Below, one piece after another: positions 15,001 through 27,700 of a DNA stretch of 64,000 nt. Where the stretch lies: the NCBI GenBank assembly GCA_043228905.1, contig JBHGNT010000002.1, forward strand, positions 27,032,001 to 27,096,000. Direction: 5' to 3'. Position numbers and translations under genes: made by a program. The notes under the pieces were generated by a model that searched no databases, was not told where the DNA came from, and saw nothing but the letters and a program-made list of their open reading frames with translations. Source of the DNA: Azolla caroliniana (taxonomy: Eukaryota; Plantae; Polypodiophyta). How positions within the stretch are numbered: the first letter of the stretch is position 1; each line of letters starts with the position of its first letter.

Positions 15001-17631
15001 AAGTAAACAGTAATCTTAAACTTGTACTAGTGCAAAACACTATAGCTTTAGTTGAACATGGAAAACATTGTAGAATGGGATTTTTTCAGAAAAATATTGA
15101 ACAACTGTTCTATTTATTATTATTATTACATGTCTTGTAATTTACCATCGCATTTAATTTGAATATTACATGACTTTACTAGGAACTGTCATGGCTGAGG
15201 CAGAACAGGCTGTTTGTGTGGCATTGTTACAATTAAGAGACAAGGGTGAAGATGCAAAGCAGGTCTACTTTTACCTAATGTGTGAGTCTAAATTGATTTG
15301 ACTTGTGGTAGTGAAAGTTGTTCTGCTGTTTTGGTCTGCAGGCCATTGATGAAGCATTATCAAAGAACAACAGACAACTGCAAGAGACTGCAGATATTGC
15401 AAATGTTCGCGAATCTGTCTTGAAGGTTTTGTTTTATAAATTATCATATTACATTTTCAAGATATTTGTAGAATATGGTGTATATGTCATATTAGATGCC
15501 TCATAGTAAGAGAACATTGCACTTCATATTAATGATGTTGATGGCTAGACTACTTTTCTATACAAGCATTTTTTATGCATGTCACAAGAACTGCCATGCC
15601 CTTCATCAAGGTCTGATTTATGTCTCTTTGAGGCAGTTGCATAGAGAAGGTACATAGACGAGATACATTCTAATTCTTATATTCATAATGCTGCTGTGTA
15701 CTATTTCTGTTTGTATACAGCTCTCTAAATAAGCTTATATTAACCAATGACTGAAGAATTTTCTTATTGAAGATGGTTCATCTTGTCAGGTTTTTGCAAG
15801 AATAAATGCGATTCGCATGGTTGAAGACACGAAATTAACAACGCAATTCCAAGAATCAAAGGTATTGACATTTCAAGGTTATATAGTGAAATATGCACAT
15901 AGGTTTTCTATAGTATGCTAATACATAATCTTGCTAGGATTTGGAAGAAGCAGAAATTGAGCTTGAGCTTGTGAGACATGAAAGAGATATAGAAGGGAAG
16001 TCCAGTCCTTTGCATACATTTGGAAACAACATTCTAACAGCAGACATTCATATTCCAGGTTGGCCAAGCATTATTCAATGTAATTAATGATAATGTTTGC
16101 AGAACTGGTTTCTTTCCATTTGCTAAGAACTTTGCTCCATATGCTCTGCTAGATAATGTTTATTCAATTGTGATGTTTACATAGATGATTAACTTCTGTA
16201 CAACTTGACTCACGTGTTAATTACAATTTCAGTCACATCAAGGGGAACGGATAGGCAGGAACGACTCAAAGAATTGAGATCTCAGATTCAGTTAGAGTGA
16301 GTATATTCCCTACCCCCTTTTAGACGCATCCTTACTTGGAGGTTCAAAATGGCATTTAGTTTGATGACTGTGTGCTATTGTGTGTAAATATTTTGCTCAT
16401 GGAGGTCCAAAAGCGCATTTCATTTATCCATGTGGGAAATTGTTCTTTTGTACTAGGGAATATTCAACTATGCGAGCAGAGATTCTGGCACGTAGGGAAA
16501 GACAAAGAGTTGCTCGACGTCAACGACAGTTGGCTCTTGAAGGATCAACAATACGAGAGATAGAGCTCCTGCAGGATCTTGATAGGTAAGACCTTAGGAT
16601 CTCAGCATGAATGTTGAATATGGGAGGGATTCAATCTATGCAACCATCATATTGGCTTTTCAGAGAGAAAGCAGCAGAGGCAGAGCGAGAAATTGAACGT
16701 CATCAAATACTGGAGAGGGAACGAGCTAAAACGAGAGAGTTGAGACATAGCTTGGACCTTGAGACTGAGAAACGCACACAGGTATGAATAATTTGTTTAG
16801 TGTTGGATGGTAGAGTTAAGTACCATAGTAGTAACTTAGGATGTTGATGATATACACAGAGAAAGTAAATGAGTTTGTAATAAATGGTTGGCATTATGGT
16901 TTAATAGAGAGAGCTTCAAAGAGAATTGGAGCAAAGGGAATCTGTTACAGTACGCCCAGCCCGACGAGAATTTGCAGGTTCTGCTAGTGGCAGGTATTGT
17001 GAGTTAATTATTGTCAGTACTAGTCTAGCAGGTAAAATAATAAATTAAAAAAGTACATTTGATTTATTTAGTGCTTAATTCAGCTCAATTATAGCTTTGT
17101 CAAGTTCTTTGGCATGCCTTACCGCTCGTGTGTTGAAATGATTAAGTGTTCTGTTTTCCTCTAACTAGGCCTAGAGAGCGGTATCGTGAGAGGGATAGTG
17201 GAAGACCTAGTCAAGATTCAAGGTCCAGCAGCGGAGTAACACATGAAAACAGTACTACACCACCTGCCACTCCAACTGCGGGTATGCAAGACTCATCATT
17301 TTTGTTTTGTTATTTGTTAGCATTCTCAACTAGATGGGGATATCCTAGTCAATTTCTACAATTATTGCAGGGTCAAGACCACATGGACGATAGGTGTTTT
17401 GATGAGGTCCTTTATATCGGAGGTCAAGTGAGCAACTATGGAGAGACAGATCCAGCTGCATTGCTTGATTTTGGAAGCATTGGTGGCTCCCGGACGTTAG
17501 AGCTTCGGATGTCTTGGCCCAGGCAAATTGTCGAACGGAAGGAAAGAGAGAGAGAGAGCAGGTGGGAGAACAAATTGTTTCCTCTGTCCTCAATCGGCCA
17601 GATACAATGGAGCTTTGAAGAATGGAAGTGA
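93..17631 (+). CDS. Large conserved plant protein, 5'-partial (galactose-binding-domain-like N-terminus, armadillo-type helical body, C-terminal coiled coil); about 25 exons in window
   Basis: GT-AG exons join in frame: 93-173 (EPCLLQQIRIFNKSVIEWEIALGLRYK), 1873-2010 (PESFMKVRTRCEAPRRD..CRYVRISCLRGNPIAI), 2104-2214, 2311-2361, 2439-2539, 2627-2714, 4132-4269, 4409-4666, 5383-5461, 5537-5628, 5724-5807, 5896-5970, 6069-6116, 6272-6367, 6444-6673, 9376-12872 (3.5 kb exon), 15183-15262, 15342-15425, 15790-15861, 15938-16058, 16233-16296, 16457-16585, 16664-16781, 16908-16993, 17169-17631. The C-terminus has ELLQDLDRE..RELQRELEQ.ES..RPRERYRER, as recalled for the uncharacterised ~2100-aa angiosperm family. 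The start codon lies upstream of the window. Confidence 0.88.
371..737. repeat. Tandem repeat, 128-bp unit, about 2.9 copies (intronic)
   Basis: The unit 'ttaaacaggcccaaactgtcctttgttgag...' starts at 371, 499 and 627, with near-identical copies. Confidence 0.9.
975..1620 (-). mobile_element. 3' fragment of a non-LTR retrotransposon (RTE-like LINE family)
   Basis: Colinear with the copy at 13610-14330 (aagaggccaaaacggcct..aaacaagagatta..gaagatctctagcatagg..agtgagggaagcac..cccttgattga). That copy continues into the LINE ORF2 C-terminal HC..FYEI..RYH.LF motif. Confidence 0.7.
3195..3400 (-). mobile_element. LTR fragment of the same family as 39408-39804
   Basis: 'tgttaagaatctcttgctaatcaatagacc..cctcccgac..catcccataccga..tattaggatga' is the reverse complement of 39650-39804. 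The far boundary was not determined. Confidence 0.6.
7100..7400 (+). mobile_element. Degenerate LINE reverse-transcriptase fragment
   Basis: 'ggagtgaaacaaggatacccactatcacc' encodes GVKQGYPLSP, the non-LTR RT motif GVxQGCPLSP. Confidence 0.55.
8460..8850 (+). mobile_element. LINE 3'-end fragment (same family, opposite orientation)
   Basis: 'atcaaaggggctacaatagattggg..ggaccatgaccc..gataaaggcc..tgagacagcattttaagatgtaatctctc' mirrors 975-1450. Confidence 0.5.
9094..9308. repeat. (AAAATAT)n heptamer microsatellite with ATGAAAC/ATGAAAT variants
   Basis: About 30 units directly visible; this array generates the spurious YFIFYIL ORF 8866-9330. Confidence 0.95.
13610..14330 (-). mobile_element. LINE 3' portion (ORF2 C-terminus plus 3' UTR)
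   Basis: The minus strand reads EELYVCHCIIFYEIGERYHYLFNQGFGSLHKVIEYEDQQCL. Homologous segments lie at 20283-20471 and 24520-24800. Confidence 0.7.
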
Positions 17632-18768
17632 TTGAACTCAACAAATTATTCTTGTGTAACCGCCAGTAGGAATGGTAGTTGGAACAAGAGAGATCCTGCC
17701 TCGTTCATTAGTGAGAATTGCTGCTCCAAAATTTTGCCGCTATCACCCAATGTAAATCATTTATGCTCGATTTTACTGGCATTTATTGTTAATGCAATAA
17801 ATATGGAAAAAGTTGAGTTCTTGTATTGCTGTCATACTATGCAATAATCATTCAGAAATGCTAGTAGCATTTCTTTTGTACAAGTAATGGGTGGTAGTAA
17901 ATGCTTTTACAAGAGGATGAATGTATTAAATGACCTATGTTATGCTCAAAGATGACTGATTGTGCTAAATTCTAGATTATATTCTAGATTAGAGGGTGTA
18001 GTAGAACAATTTGAATGGGTTAGAACTTCTGGAAGCTGATCTGTTCGTTTATGCATCATATTTTTGGTTGTCTATTTCTTCTGGAACTCTGTTCGTTTCA
18101 TGATGAGGAGATAACTTACAAGATGTATATCTTTCTTTCATGTACTATATTACAAGATGTGGCCCATGACTTTCAAGCAACGTGTGCATTATTCATTTGT
18201 ATGTAATTATAGACATCTCCGGTTTAACAATGCTAGAAACATGGTTTCAAAAAAAGAATATATACACTTAAAAAGACATAGCAAAAGCATAAAATATTCT
18301 TTGCTTCAAACCTACTTAGTAAGACAAGACAGAGTAATAAACCATTTAATTTTGAGGGTGAATTTTGGTAGCAAAACTTTAGATGATACATGTACTGACT
18401 TGAATTCATAATGAGTTTAATGATGAATGACTAAGCATTCGCCTGCCAAAGTAATACATGATGCAACTATAAAACATTGTTCTTCAAACAACATATCAAT
18501 AATGTTCCCTGAATCATTTTGTAGTCATACCAATGTGGATGCATAGTCTTTTGGTTAGTTTCCCCATAAAATCCGTGCCACGAATTGAATGGAACTTGCC
18601 TCAAAACAATGTTTTCCAGCACGTGCAATAAGGCATACTTTCCATTCTTGCCTTGAAAAAGCTATATTGTGTAAATTCTTTGATTTCCTTCCAGCCAGGA
18701 AAAACACTGGAAAATCTGGTTCCGCATATTTTCTAGTTCTATTTGCTTCAGTTTGACTATCATTTCAT

Positions 18769-21700
18769 TTATGCATACAAAAAGGATCCCTGAAAGTGCT
18801 CAGAAAATCTACATGCAGCAGGGAAGAATAAACGATTAGCATGTAATTTTTTCGCCAATCTCATTGCAAGCTCATCAAACATATAAATGGTTTCTGCATC
18901 TTGTTGCTGTACCCAAAGTTCTGCAGATCTGCCCATAAAAATATGAATTGCTCATTTTAACTCAAAATGCAAAGTTCATTAGGTTCAATTATTTTGGGCA
19001 ACATTACATATTAGCCAATGTTCATACCTTCTTTCATCAGTGGAAAACCTGGAACAATCTGAAAACATAACCTTCATAACTCGTTGCAAGTTGACATTAG
19101 ATTCAATTTCTGCAGAAAAAACTTTGCTTCTGCTACTCAGGCAATCATTATCACAATCTGTTTCACAAGCACAAGCAGTAATGCTTCCAGTAGATAATGA
19201 CGAGTCATAGCTGAGAACAACAAGCTGCAATAATGGCATTTCTGAAGTCAAGCTCCGGATCAAAAACCTATACGATGTGCCTTCATCTGTCCTAAGCTGC
19301 AATTCTCTTACAAAAAGCGCTTCAAGAGTGGCATACCTGAATGTGTGAAGGTGTTGCATAACAATCAATCCATTAGATTTATCAAACATATTTCTTTTGT
19401 GCATGTGGTGTTGTACAGAAGATCAATTATATAGATATACCTGTTCTTTATGCATTCATTTTTTATTTTTTATTTTGTGAATTCCAACACCGTCATAATT
19501 TAAATTTACCAGAGAGTGATAGCTGTAATAACTTTTGGAAAACTCCATTAAAAGATGATTTATTGCTGCTTTGTGGATGTCAAGAAAACCTTCAAAAACA
19601 TTCTGTGTACTCGGCTCGGAAAGTGCTACAAGCCCTTGGCATGCAATGGGAATCGATGCACTGTGTGAGTCAGATGTTGTGGATGCATATTTTGTCCCCT
19701 TCCAAAATGTGTGTTACAAAACCCACTCTTATTTTATCCTCTATGAGCTTCGCTAAGAAATATAGTTTAGGTTATTCTTAAGCTGCTGTTAGCCTCTTTG
19801 GCACATTAAAACTGTTCATAGTAGTTTCTACACAATGGCTAGAACAATTGGAGTAAAACAAGGACGCCCACTCTCTGTGGTTTCTATATAGACAAAGTGT
19901 CACACTACATAGAGACATTTGGTGTTTTGGAAGCTTTAATGGGGATAGCAATAGAGAGAGCTCCGTCAACCAAATGCTAATCAAGGTTAGCTCTTGCTTC
20001 ATAAAAGAAACTTGCTAAATACAGACAATCAATGCTGGTATATTGAAGCAACAATAGTTTGAATATAAATGCACTACCCTCATCCAATATATAGCTTGGT
20101 TTGTCCAAGTATGAGCATGATCAAAGTGGAAAAGACTAGATTGATCCAAGATGATTTTATCAAATTGGATAATCGAAGAACAGGGAGTAGTATGATAGGC
20201 AGCTGTGGACCTCTGCACATTAGTTAGAGATTGAGATGGGTAGATATGCCTGCACACCTCTAGAAGAAAGCATCTACCAATTGTGTCATTAGGTAATGGA
20301 GTTGAAAGAACAGTGTTTGCCACTATACTAATTTTTTGTAAAATAATACGGAGATATCATTGCCTCTTTAACCAAGGTTTTGGCTTACTACCTAAGGTAA
20401 TGGAATATAAGAACCAACAGTGCTTCGGACTATTCTTGCTAGAACCCAAGAGACAAGCAGAAGTTATTTAAGGACAGGAATTTAACCATACAAGCTTGTC
20501 AACAAAGAACAATAACAACTTTCTTTACCCCCATTACTTCAACTTTCTTATATGCGAAACAACAAAGCTCACTATCTCTAGTAGACCTATTGTTATAGAA
20601 GCAAATCGCACATATGTACACTTGGAAATGAAGGATGGATGCACATGCTAAGAAGGAGACTGGGCTGGCTAAGAACCGATTTACCGGAGAGACAATTGAT
20701 GTGTACAGTTGTAGAGTATACAATAGTATACTACACTTGAATCCTTTCACAACCAAAGAGAATTCAGGCAAGGATTATCAAAAAAGCAGATATGATGAGG
20801 AATGCCATGAGACAAGGAGATACTTGCAATGAGAAGTAACTAGGGGGATTTGTACACACACACAAGCAAGAGCAACCTTCCTCAGATTGTGAGGGAGAAG
20901 AAGTGATCATATTTGTCTAAATTTGATGCACGTGTGTACGCTTGGTCCTAGGACAAGAAAGTAAAAGAGCATATAAAATGCTTAATGAGAGGCAACCTAC
21001 CAGACAACTGACCACATCTCACGCCTGCTATGAGTATGCAAAGACACTATGATATTCTTGGGAAGCCCCCCCACCCACATGGCTCTACGGCCAGACTATT
21101 GGTGCTTGGGCCTGTTCTTGTTAAAACTAAGAGACGCAAGGAGAAGTTGAAGGATAACAATACAACTACACAAGCTCATCAAACAAAGAACAACCACAAC
21201 TTTGTTTACCCCCATCACTCCCACTCGTGATACAAGTCAATCAAGGGTTTACTAAGGGGTCCCAATAGCAATTTGTCATGAATGTAGGCCATGATCTCAC
21301 CACACTTGTTATCAATAGGCAAGGGTCATTATCTTCTATTGTCTGCATTTCCTTAAATCACTTTCAATAGATGAGGCAATAGCAATTTGTCATGACTATA
21401 GGCCACGGTCTCAGGGATCATGATCTCACAATCGTTGTTATCAATAGACAATCTTCATTATCTTCTACCATTGCAAGCGTTCCCTTGCTTTGGAGATCAA
21501 TTCATTCTGGATTGACCTATGCTACAGATCTTTAGAAGACAAAAATTAAAATCTACTTGTCTTGGGAATTTTACATGTATAGATAACAGGATTCTTTAGC
21601 CACTGTTAGTTTCAGTTTACTTTTCTACTTGGTTGCATTCATCTTGGTTTGACAATATTTTTTGTTGTTTTGTCTTAAGAGGTCATTTTGGCCTCTTAAA

Positions 21701-24700
21701 AGACATCATTTTATCTTCCTTAACCTCTATTTGAATGATTATTGATAGAAGGATGATATTAACATACATGCAGGCTGGTTAATTAATGTCCTACCAATAA
21801 AGTATATATATGTTGAACCCAAGACCCCGATAATAACTCACCAAACAACAACAAAAAAAGTAGTATGAAAAATTTCAAATATACCTGAATGCATCACATA
21901 AAAAGTCATCGGCATTAATTTGGAATTGAAACAAGTGTGCGCCCTCCATGATGCTGCAATTAGGACCCACTGTTTTGCAAGGATATCCTCCAATCAAAGA
22001 CTGACAACAAATGCAGTGAACAGAATTCCAGATTGAGAGCTTAGAATGTTCATTTTCAGATACCATAAAACCATTCCCAAGGTCAAGAAAACTTAAAGTT
22101 GACATCTGGTAAATGATATCATTTGTACAACCAATCATTGGGTCTAGCTCTGTAACAACATCCGAAAGAGGCACGTAACAAGTCGATAAACCCAAAAGAC
22201 ACCGTCCAGGCCTCATATTGAAACTTTTTTCAAACCTTGTACTAAGATCTTCAGCTTTAGAACAAAATAAGCAACAACAAGTACCAAACCAATTCTCGAC
22301 AATGTCTCGCCACTCAGCACATGGCATTTGCATAAACTCGCTGCAATCACAACACAGTGTTAATTCCTGTATCTGTGCTCTATTGAATCACCTTTTTCAT
22401 TGAAAAGGAGGTTGTTCTTTAAGAGATTGCAAGAGAACTAGCATCTTTCACCACCCTGAAATCAATGAATTTCTGATATGGATACACATTCCTTTAACAC
22501 TAAAAACTTATTTAACAAAGCCCATTCCAAAACCTGAAAAGGTGAAATTAAACTGTACATCTTGCAATCAGCAAATGTGTGAGAGAAATGTGAACATGCA
22601 TGTGAGACGTTGAGAAATGATACAGACGGTATATGTACATATAAAAACTCGGGATACGTACATCACCAAAGGAATGAATAAATATATAAGGTAGTAAGTC
22701 ACAAGACACCACCAGAATGATGATGCAGCTAAAATTGGCAATGGCTCACTTTATAGCTGCCTTGTCACATTAGCAGTGAAGGCTCCCTAATAAATAATTT
22801 CATTAGGTACTTTATAAAGATAGGATACATAGTCAAATGGTCAGGAAAGATCCAAATTCTTGGGATAGACATTTCAGTTAATTAGAGACTATTGCATAAC
22901 TGTCTTTTTTATACTTTGTAGATGGGGCGCAAGGGGTGTAGCAGTAGACTTTAGTGATTAACATGTGTGTGTTCTTTATTTATTGATTGATAATTAGGGG
23001 TATTTAGTATTTCACGAGAACCACTGACATGTTTTCACTTAACTCCATCACACATAATACGTAACTAGGATGCAAGGACCAAATACAATATCAGTTTTTG
23101 TTTGAATGTCATAATATACAGTAGCCTAAAACTCTTGAGAATAATACCAATATCAAAATCAAAGAAGCAACACCACCTCCAAGCTTTGAGGAAAGCATGC
23201 CTACTTTTAAGAGACTGTCACATCTTCGAGACCCGGTGTCATAGCGTTCGTGATCGGTGCGTCAAACTACCGGGGTTATGAACAAGGAGAGTTCATAACA
23301 AAAAGGGAGAGAGAGAAGCATGGACAATAGATGGATATAGTGTATGATTCAAGAAGCAAAGAGTTTATGATAAATATATTCTTTATTCAATTGAGAATAC
23401 AAGAATTTATTTACTGGAGTTAATATATTGGACCGTAAGGATGATGCATTATCTTTGCCAAACTCTGGCTTGAAGTCTTGACTTCGATCTTAAGGGACGA
23501 GAAACTTTCTGAATGAGCTATCTTAATCTCTTGATTATTGATCAATGTATTTTTCTTCTTGATTGATTGATACCTACATGCTTCCCTTACTTCTCTTTAA
23601 ATTGGTGTTCAAATGCATGTGATGCATGTGATGTGTGATCACCACTTGGCACACATGTGATGCATGATAGCCATGTTCATCTGAGCCACCATATATGGAA
23701 TATACATAAGACAATCAGTACAATGATGAGAATGTAAAATTATAGAAAATCCTATCCCAATGGTTCATAATCGGTTCTTGATATGCAAGGTTATAGGTTC
23801 AAGCCTCACAAATCTCACTTGATATAATATTTGCATTTGTTTTTAAATCATGAACCAATTGCTTCACGACATTGGCAGAAATGCAAACTGAAATCTTTGC
23901 AATATATGAATTACTGTTAGGAAATGAGTGCTCTCCCAATGGGTTGTCAAAGGTCGTGGCTAGCAAGATTGATGCGAAATGAGGATGCCCACTATCAACT
24001 CCACTCTTTAGGCTTCATATCGATGAAGTATCTAATTACATAGAAGTTTGGTTGTTGAAGGGCCTACTTGGCATAGATATTCATGCTGATCTATTGCAAA
24101 TTGCATGACATGGCAAATTGCTATTGCCTGATCTATTGTAACCATTTTGCTATGTCTTGGTTGAGAGGCCATTTGTATAACCCTTGATTGATGCGTGGCT
24201 AGCAAGATTGATGCGAAATGAGGATGCCCACTATCAACTCCACTCTTTAGGCTTCATATCGATGAAGTATCTAATTACATAGAGAAGTTTGGTTGTTCAA
24301 GGGCCTGCTTGGCATAGATATTCATGCTGATCTATTGCAAATTGCATGACATGGCAAATTGCTATTGCCTGATCTATTGTAACCATTTTGCTATGTCTTG
24401 GTTGAGAGCCCATTTGTATAACCCGTGATTGACTTGTAGCATGAGTAGGAGTGATAGTGCTAAAGGAAGTTATGATTGTTCATTGTTGATGAGCTTGCAT
24501 GGCTATTTGTTGTCTTTCAAAAACTTTTCCATGTGTCTCTTGAATTCTAGCAAGAAAAGCCCAAACATCGTTGGTCCTCATATTCCATTACCTTGTGCAA
24601 TGGGCCAAACCCTTGCTTAAGGCAGCGATGGATCTCCGTCTTATTTCATAAGAAACACTACAGTGACAAACATAGTGTTCTTCAGATTCCGCTCCATGCT

Positions 24701-27700
24701 GAAGCAATTGGCAATTTCTTTCTTCTAGAGGTATTCATGCATGTCTGCCTACCTCAATCTCTAATCGATCTGATAAAGTTCGTAGTTGCCTTTTCCCAGT
24801 ACACAACACATACGATAGATATATGTCCATATAAGATAACCTGCTGATAAATCCATCCTTTCATGCGTGTAAAAAGTATGTCTTATAGTGGGTTATCTTC
24901 CTACCAAGTGATCCCCATGTTATCTTGTTTTCCAAGTTAATAATATCAATTTGATCACTCCATCTTTTCCTTTGGTCACTCTATTCTTTTCCACTTCGGT
25001 CATGTTTAGATGGGCAATCTAAGCTTATGCAATGTGCCTTGAACCATTGTTGCATTTCAACATACCAACAATGAATGTCATCATGTTTGGCAAGTTGTTT
25101 TGATGAGATAAGTGCCAACATTGAGTACCTTCATTTAGAGAGCTCCCAAAACTGTCAGATGAAGGTCACCCACCAATTGCAATAATGCATCAATGATTAT
25201 AGGGGCTGCTCCCATCTCTGCCTGGATTATATCACGGGGCATCAATGTTTTGCTCCTTAGAAGGAGGCAATCATTGAGATTAATGGTTTCTCAAAATATT
25301 CCCAATTATTTGCCCTGTAAAGACTCCGTCCCCATGCTTCTACTCCATAGGGAAGAGTTGGCGTCACAAGTTTATCATAGTTTATTTCGTGGCTCTTGGA
25401 AATGGAATTGTGCACATTTGTCTTTCAAGAGCATTGAGGGCTGCATATCCATGAGAAAGTTGGGCACAAGCAATCTCTCATAAGGAGAACCTAGGCCTTA
25501 GGTGTGTGTGTGTAAGAGCCTGTGTATTGCAACCTTTTCCTCTCAAATGAGGAACTTCAGTTCTAATTTCATTACCCATGCTTGAGTGGTGGGTGGTAAA
25601 CACCATCACTTTCGTTTTATCCATGTTTTCAATAAACCTTTGTCCACTCAAAATATTTTTAAGGCATTTGTAGTCCGTAGAGAGTCAGAGATCAGCATAA
25701 TATCACAAATATAGTAATACTTGTATGGCTAGCCGTTATAACCACAAGGCATGCTCCTGAATCTATGTAATGTGACACCTCATCTATATAGAGATCAGAG
25801 AGAGAGGGTGATAGTAGGCATCCTTGTTTTATGCTAGCCACAACCTCCAACAAACAATTGGGAGACCGCACTTTTCTAGACACTTATTCATATCATTCAT
25901 AGATTCCTTGTCACATATCTATGGGGACACCAAAGGCTTCTAGTCATTGCATAAGCCGACCATGCAACATAATGTTGAAGGTTTTTCAAAAGTCCATGAA
26001 GCAACAATAAATCCTCTTATTATGGGTTTTGCCCTCTTCGATAAGGGCTCAGAGGGTTAATATGTAATCCAAAGTTGTGAGCCCCTTCTGAAAACCTGAC
26101 TGTCCAGCTGAACAACAGCCAAGTTGCTCTACCCATAAACTCAATTCTGAATCTAGGACAGAGCCATGTAGTTTATCCAAGTAATGGCCAATCTTCAAGG
26201 CAATACACATTCTCTTCAAACTCAGCAAAATACAGTCTCTTCTTCTATCTCGTGAGACATTGGAAGATTGCTCTGCTCGTTTGTGTTTAAAAATGTCCAT
26301 ATATACTTCATGTTGTAAGCACTTCCTTGTGTCACGACATTCCTCATCATACCAAGTTTGGGTATCACTCTACCAGTTTTGGGTGTATTCTCTGTTGTCA
26401 CGATAACGCGCATGCGTGGGCTACTTGAGCAGGACCACAGGGGTCTTGGACTAGGGAAGATCCTCAGACTACATGAGTGCCCCACTGAGGCCGCTACTAC
26501 CACTGATGGCTTCAACGCTACGAGTTGTGGTAGTGTTCTCACGTCACTCCATTCTCTTCTTTGTGGGACTGGCATATGAGCTCAATGATACTCTCTAATG
26601 CTCCTCCAAGTGCAAAACGCAAAAGACGTCGAAGGTGAAGAATGCCGAAGAGCCTCCAGGACACTAGAACGCCACAAATCCTCTAGGAGCTCAAATGTGC
26701 TCTCACTCCTCCTTTTATCAAGAAGAGGCACGCCCTTTGCATTCAATGCTCTCCTTAACCTGTGCCATGCTGACAGATCTTTTATTCCTTTCAATCTGTC
26801 TCCAGAGACCATTGCCCCCTTTTTCTTTTCTTCTCTTGAACATTTTCTTTTTCCTCCTTTTACATCTCTCCCCCTCCTTTTCCCACTTTCTCTACCTTTG
26901 GCCACACCACATCACGACACAATTGTGTGGGGAAAGGCATTTGTGGCTACTTTTTACAATGACTCTGATAACCTTGGTGTAACTTCATTTACAGGTGCCT
27001 AGGATCCAAATCTCGCATGCCATTATGTACTGAACTATACACGTCTATTGTCTCTAGAGTGAATTGGTATTTAACCAACCCACCCTCCTTAGCACATACA
27101 TCCACAGTGCATCCATCCTTCACCTCAAAGCGTAGATATGCATGATCTTTTGTGAAGTCAATAGGTCTACCAAATATAGTGAACTCTATTATTTTGGGTA
27201 TAAGAGATGGAGATCCCATCAAGTAAATGATTGTGCTTGCACTTCCTTTTGGGTTCCATCATGTCAAAGCATATTATATGGGCCACAGTGACAATCCATT
27301 ATGTATCACAAATCCATGAGCACCTCCCAAGGCTAGAAAGTGTTTGCCATATTCTGTACTTCACTCATATCTGGAGCTTGTCGCTTTAGACCAACCTCTT
27401 TTGCCATAACTTGTCCACAAACAGTCTCATTGGTGTCAACCATAGTTGTTTGTCCATCCTTAGTTTGTGCATTGAAGTTTCCTAATAGTATTATGCACCC
27501 TACAATAACAAATCTTATGGTAGATATGGTGATTCTCTAAGAGGTGTAAACCTTGAGTACGCAAGAGGAATGTGGAAAATTGCAATATATAGTTCCCTAA
27601 GATTCCCCTCTTTTGATTCGTATCCACATATAACACGTATCTACATCCTCATGCACAACATGCACTCTATAATGGAGCTCCTTTTCGTACAACACAACCA

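Noticed and set aside
19441-19752. Possible extra exon of the UBE3D-like gene (AG..GT bounded on the minus strand)
   Set aside because: Stops occur in all three frames, and the flanking exons already join in frame.
23216-23720. Possible solo LTR starting TGTCACA
   Set aside because: No matching terminus or TSD could be identified.
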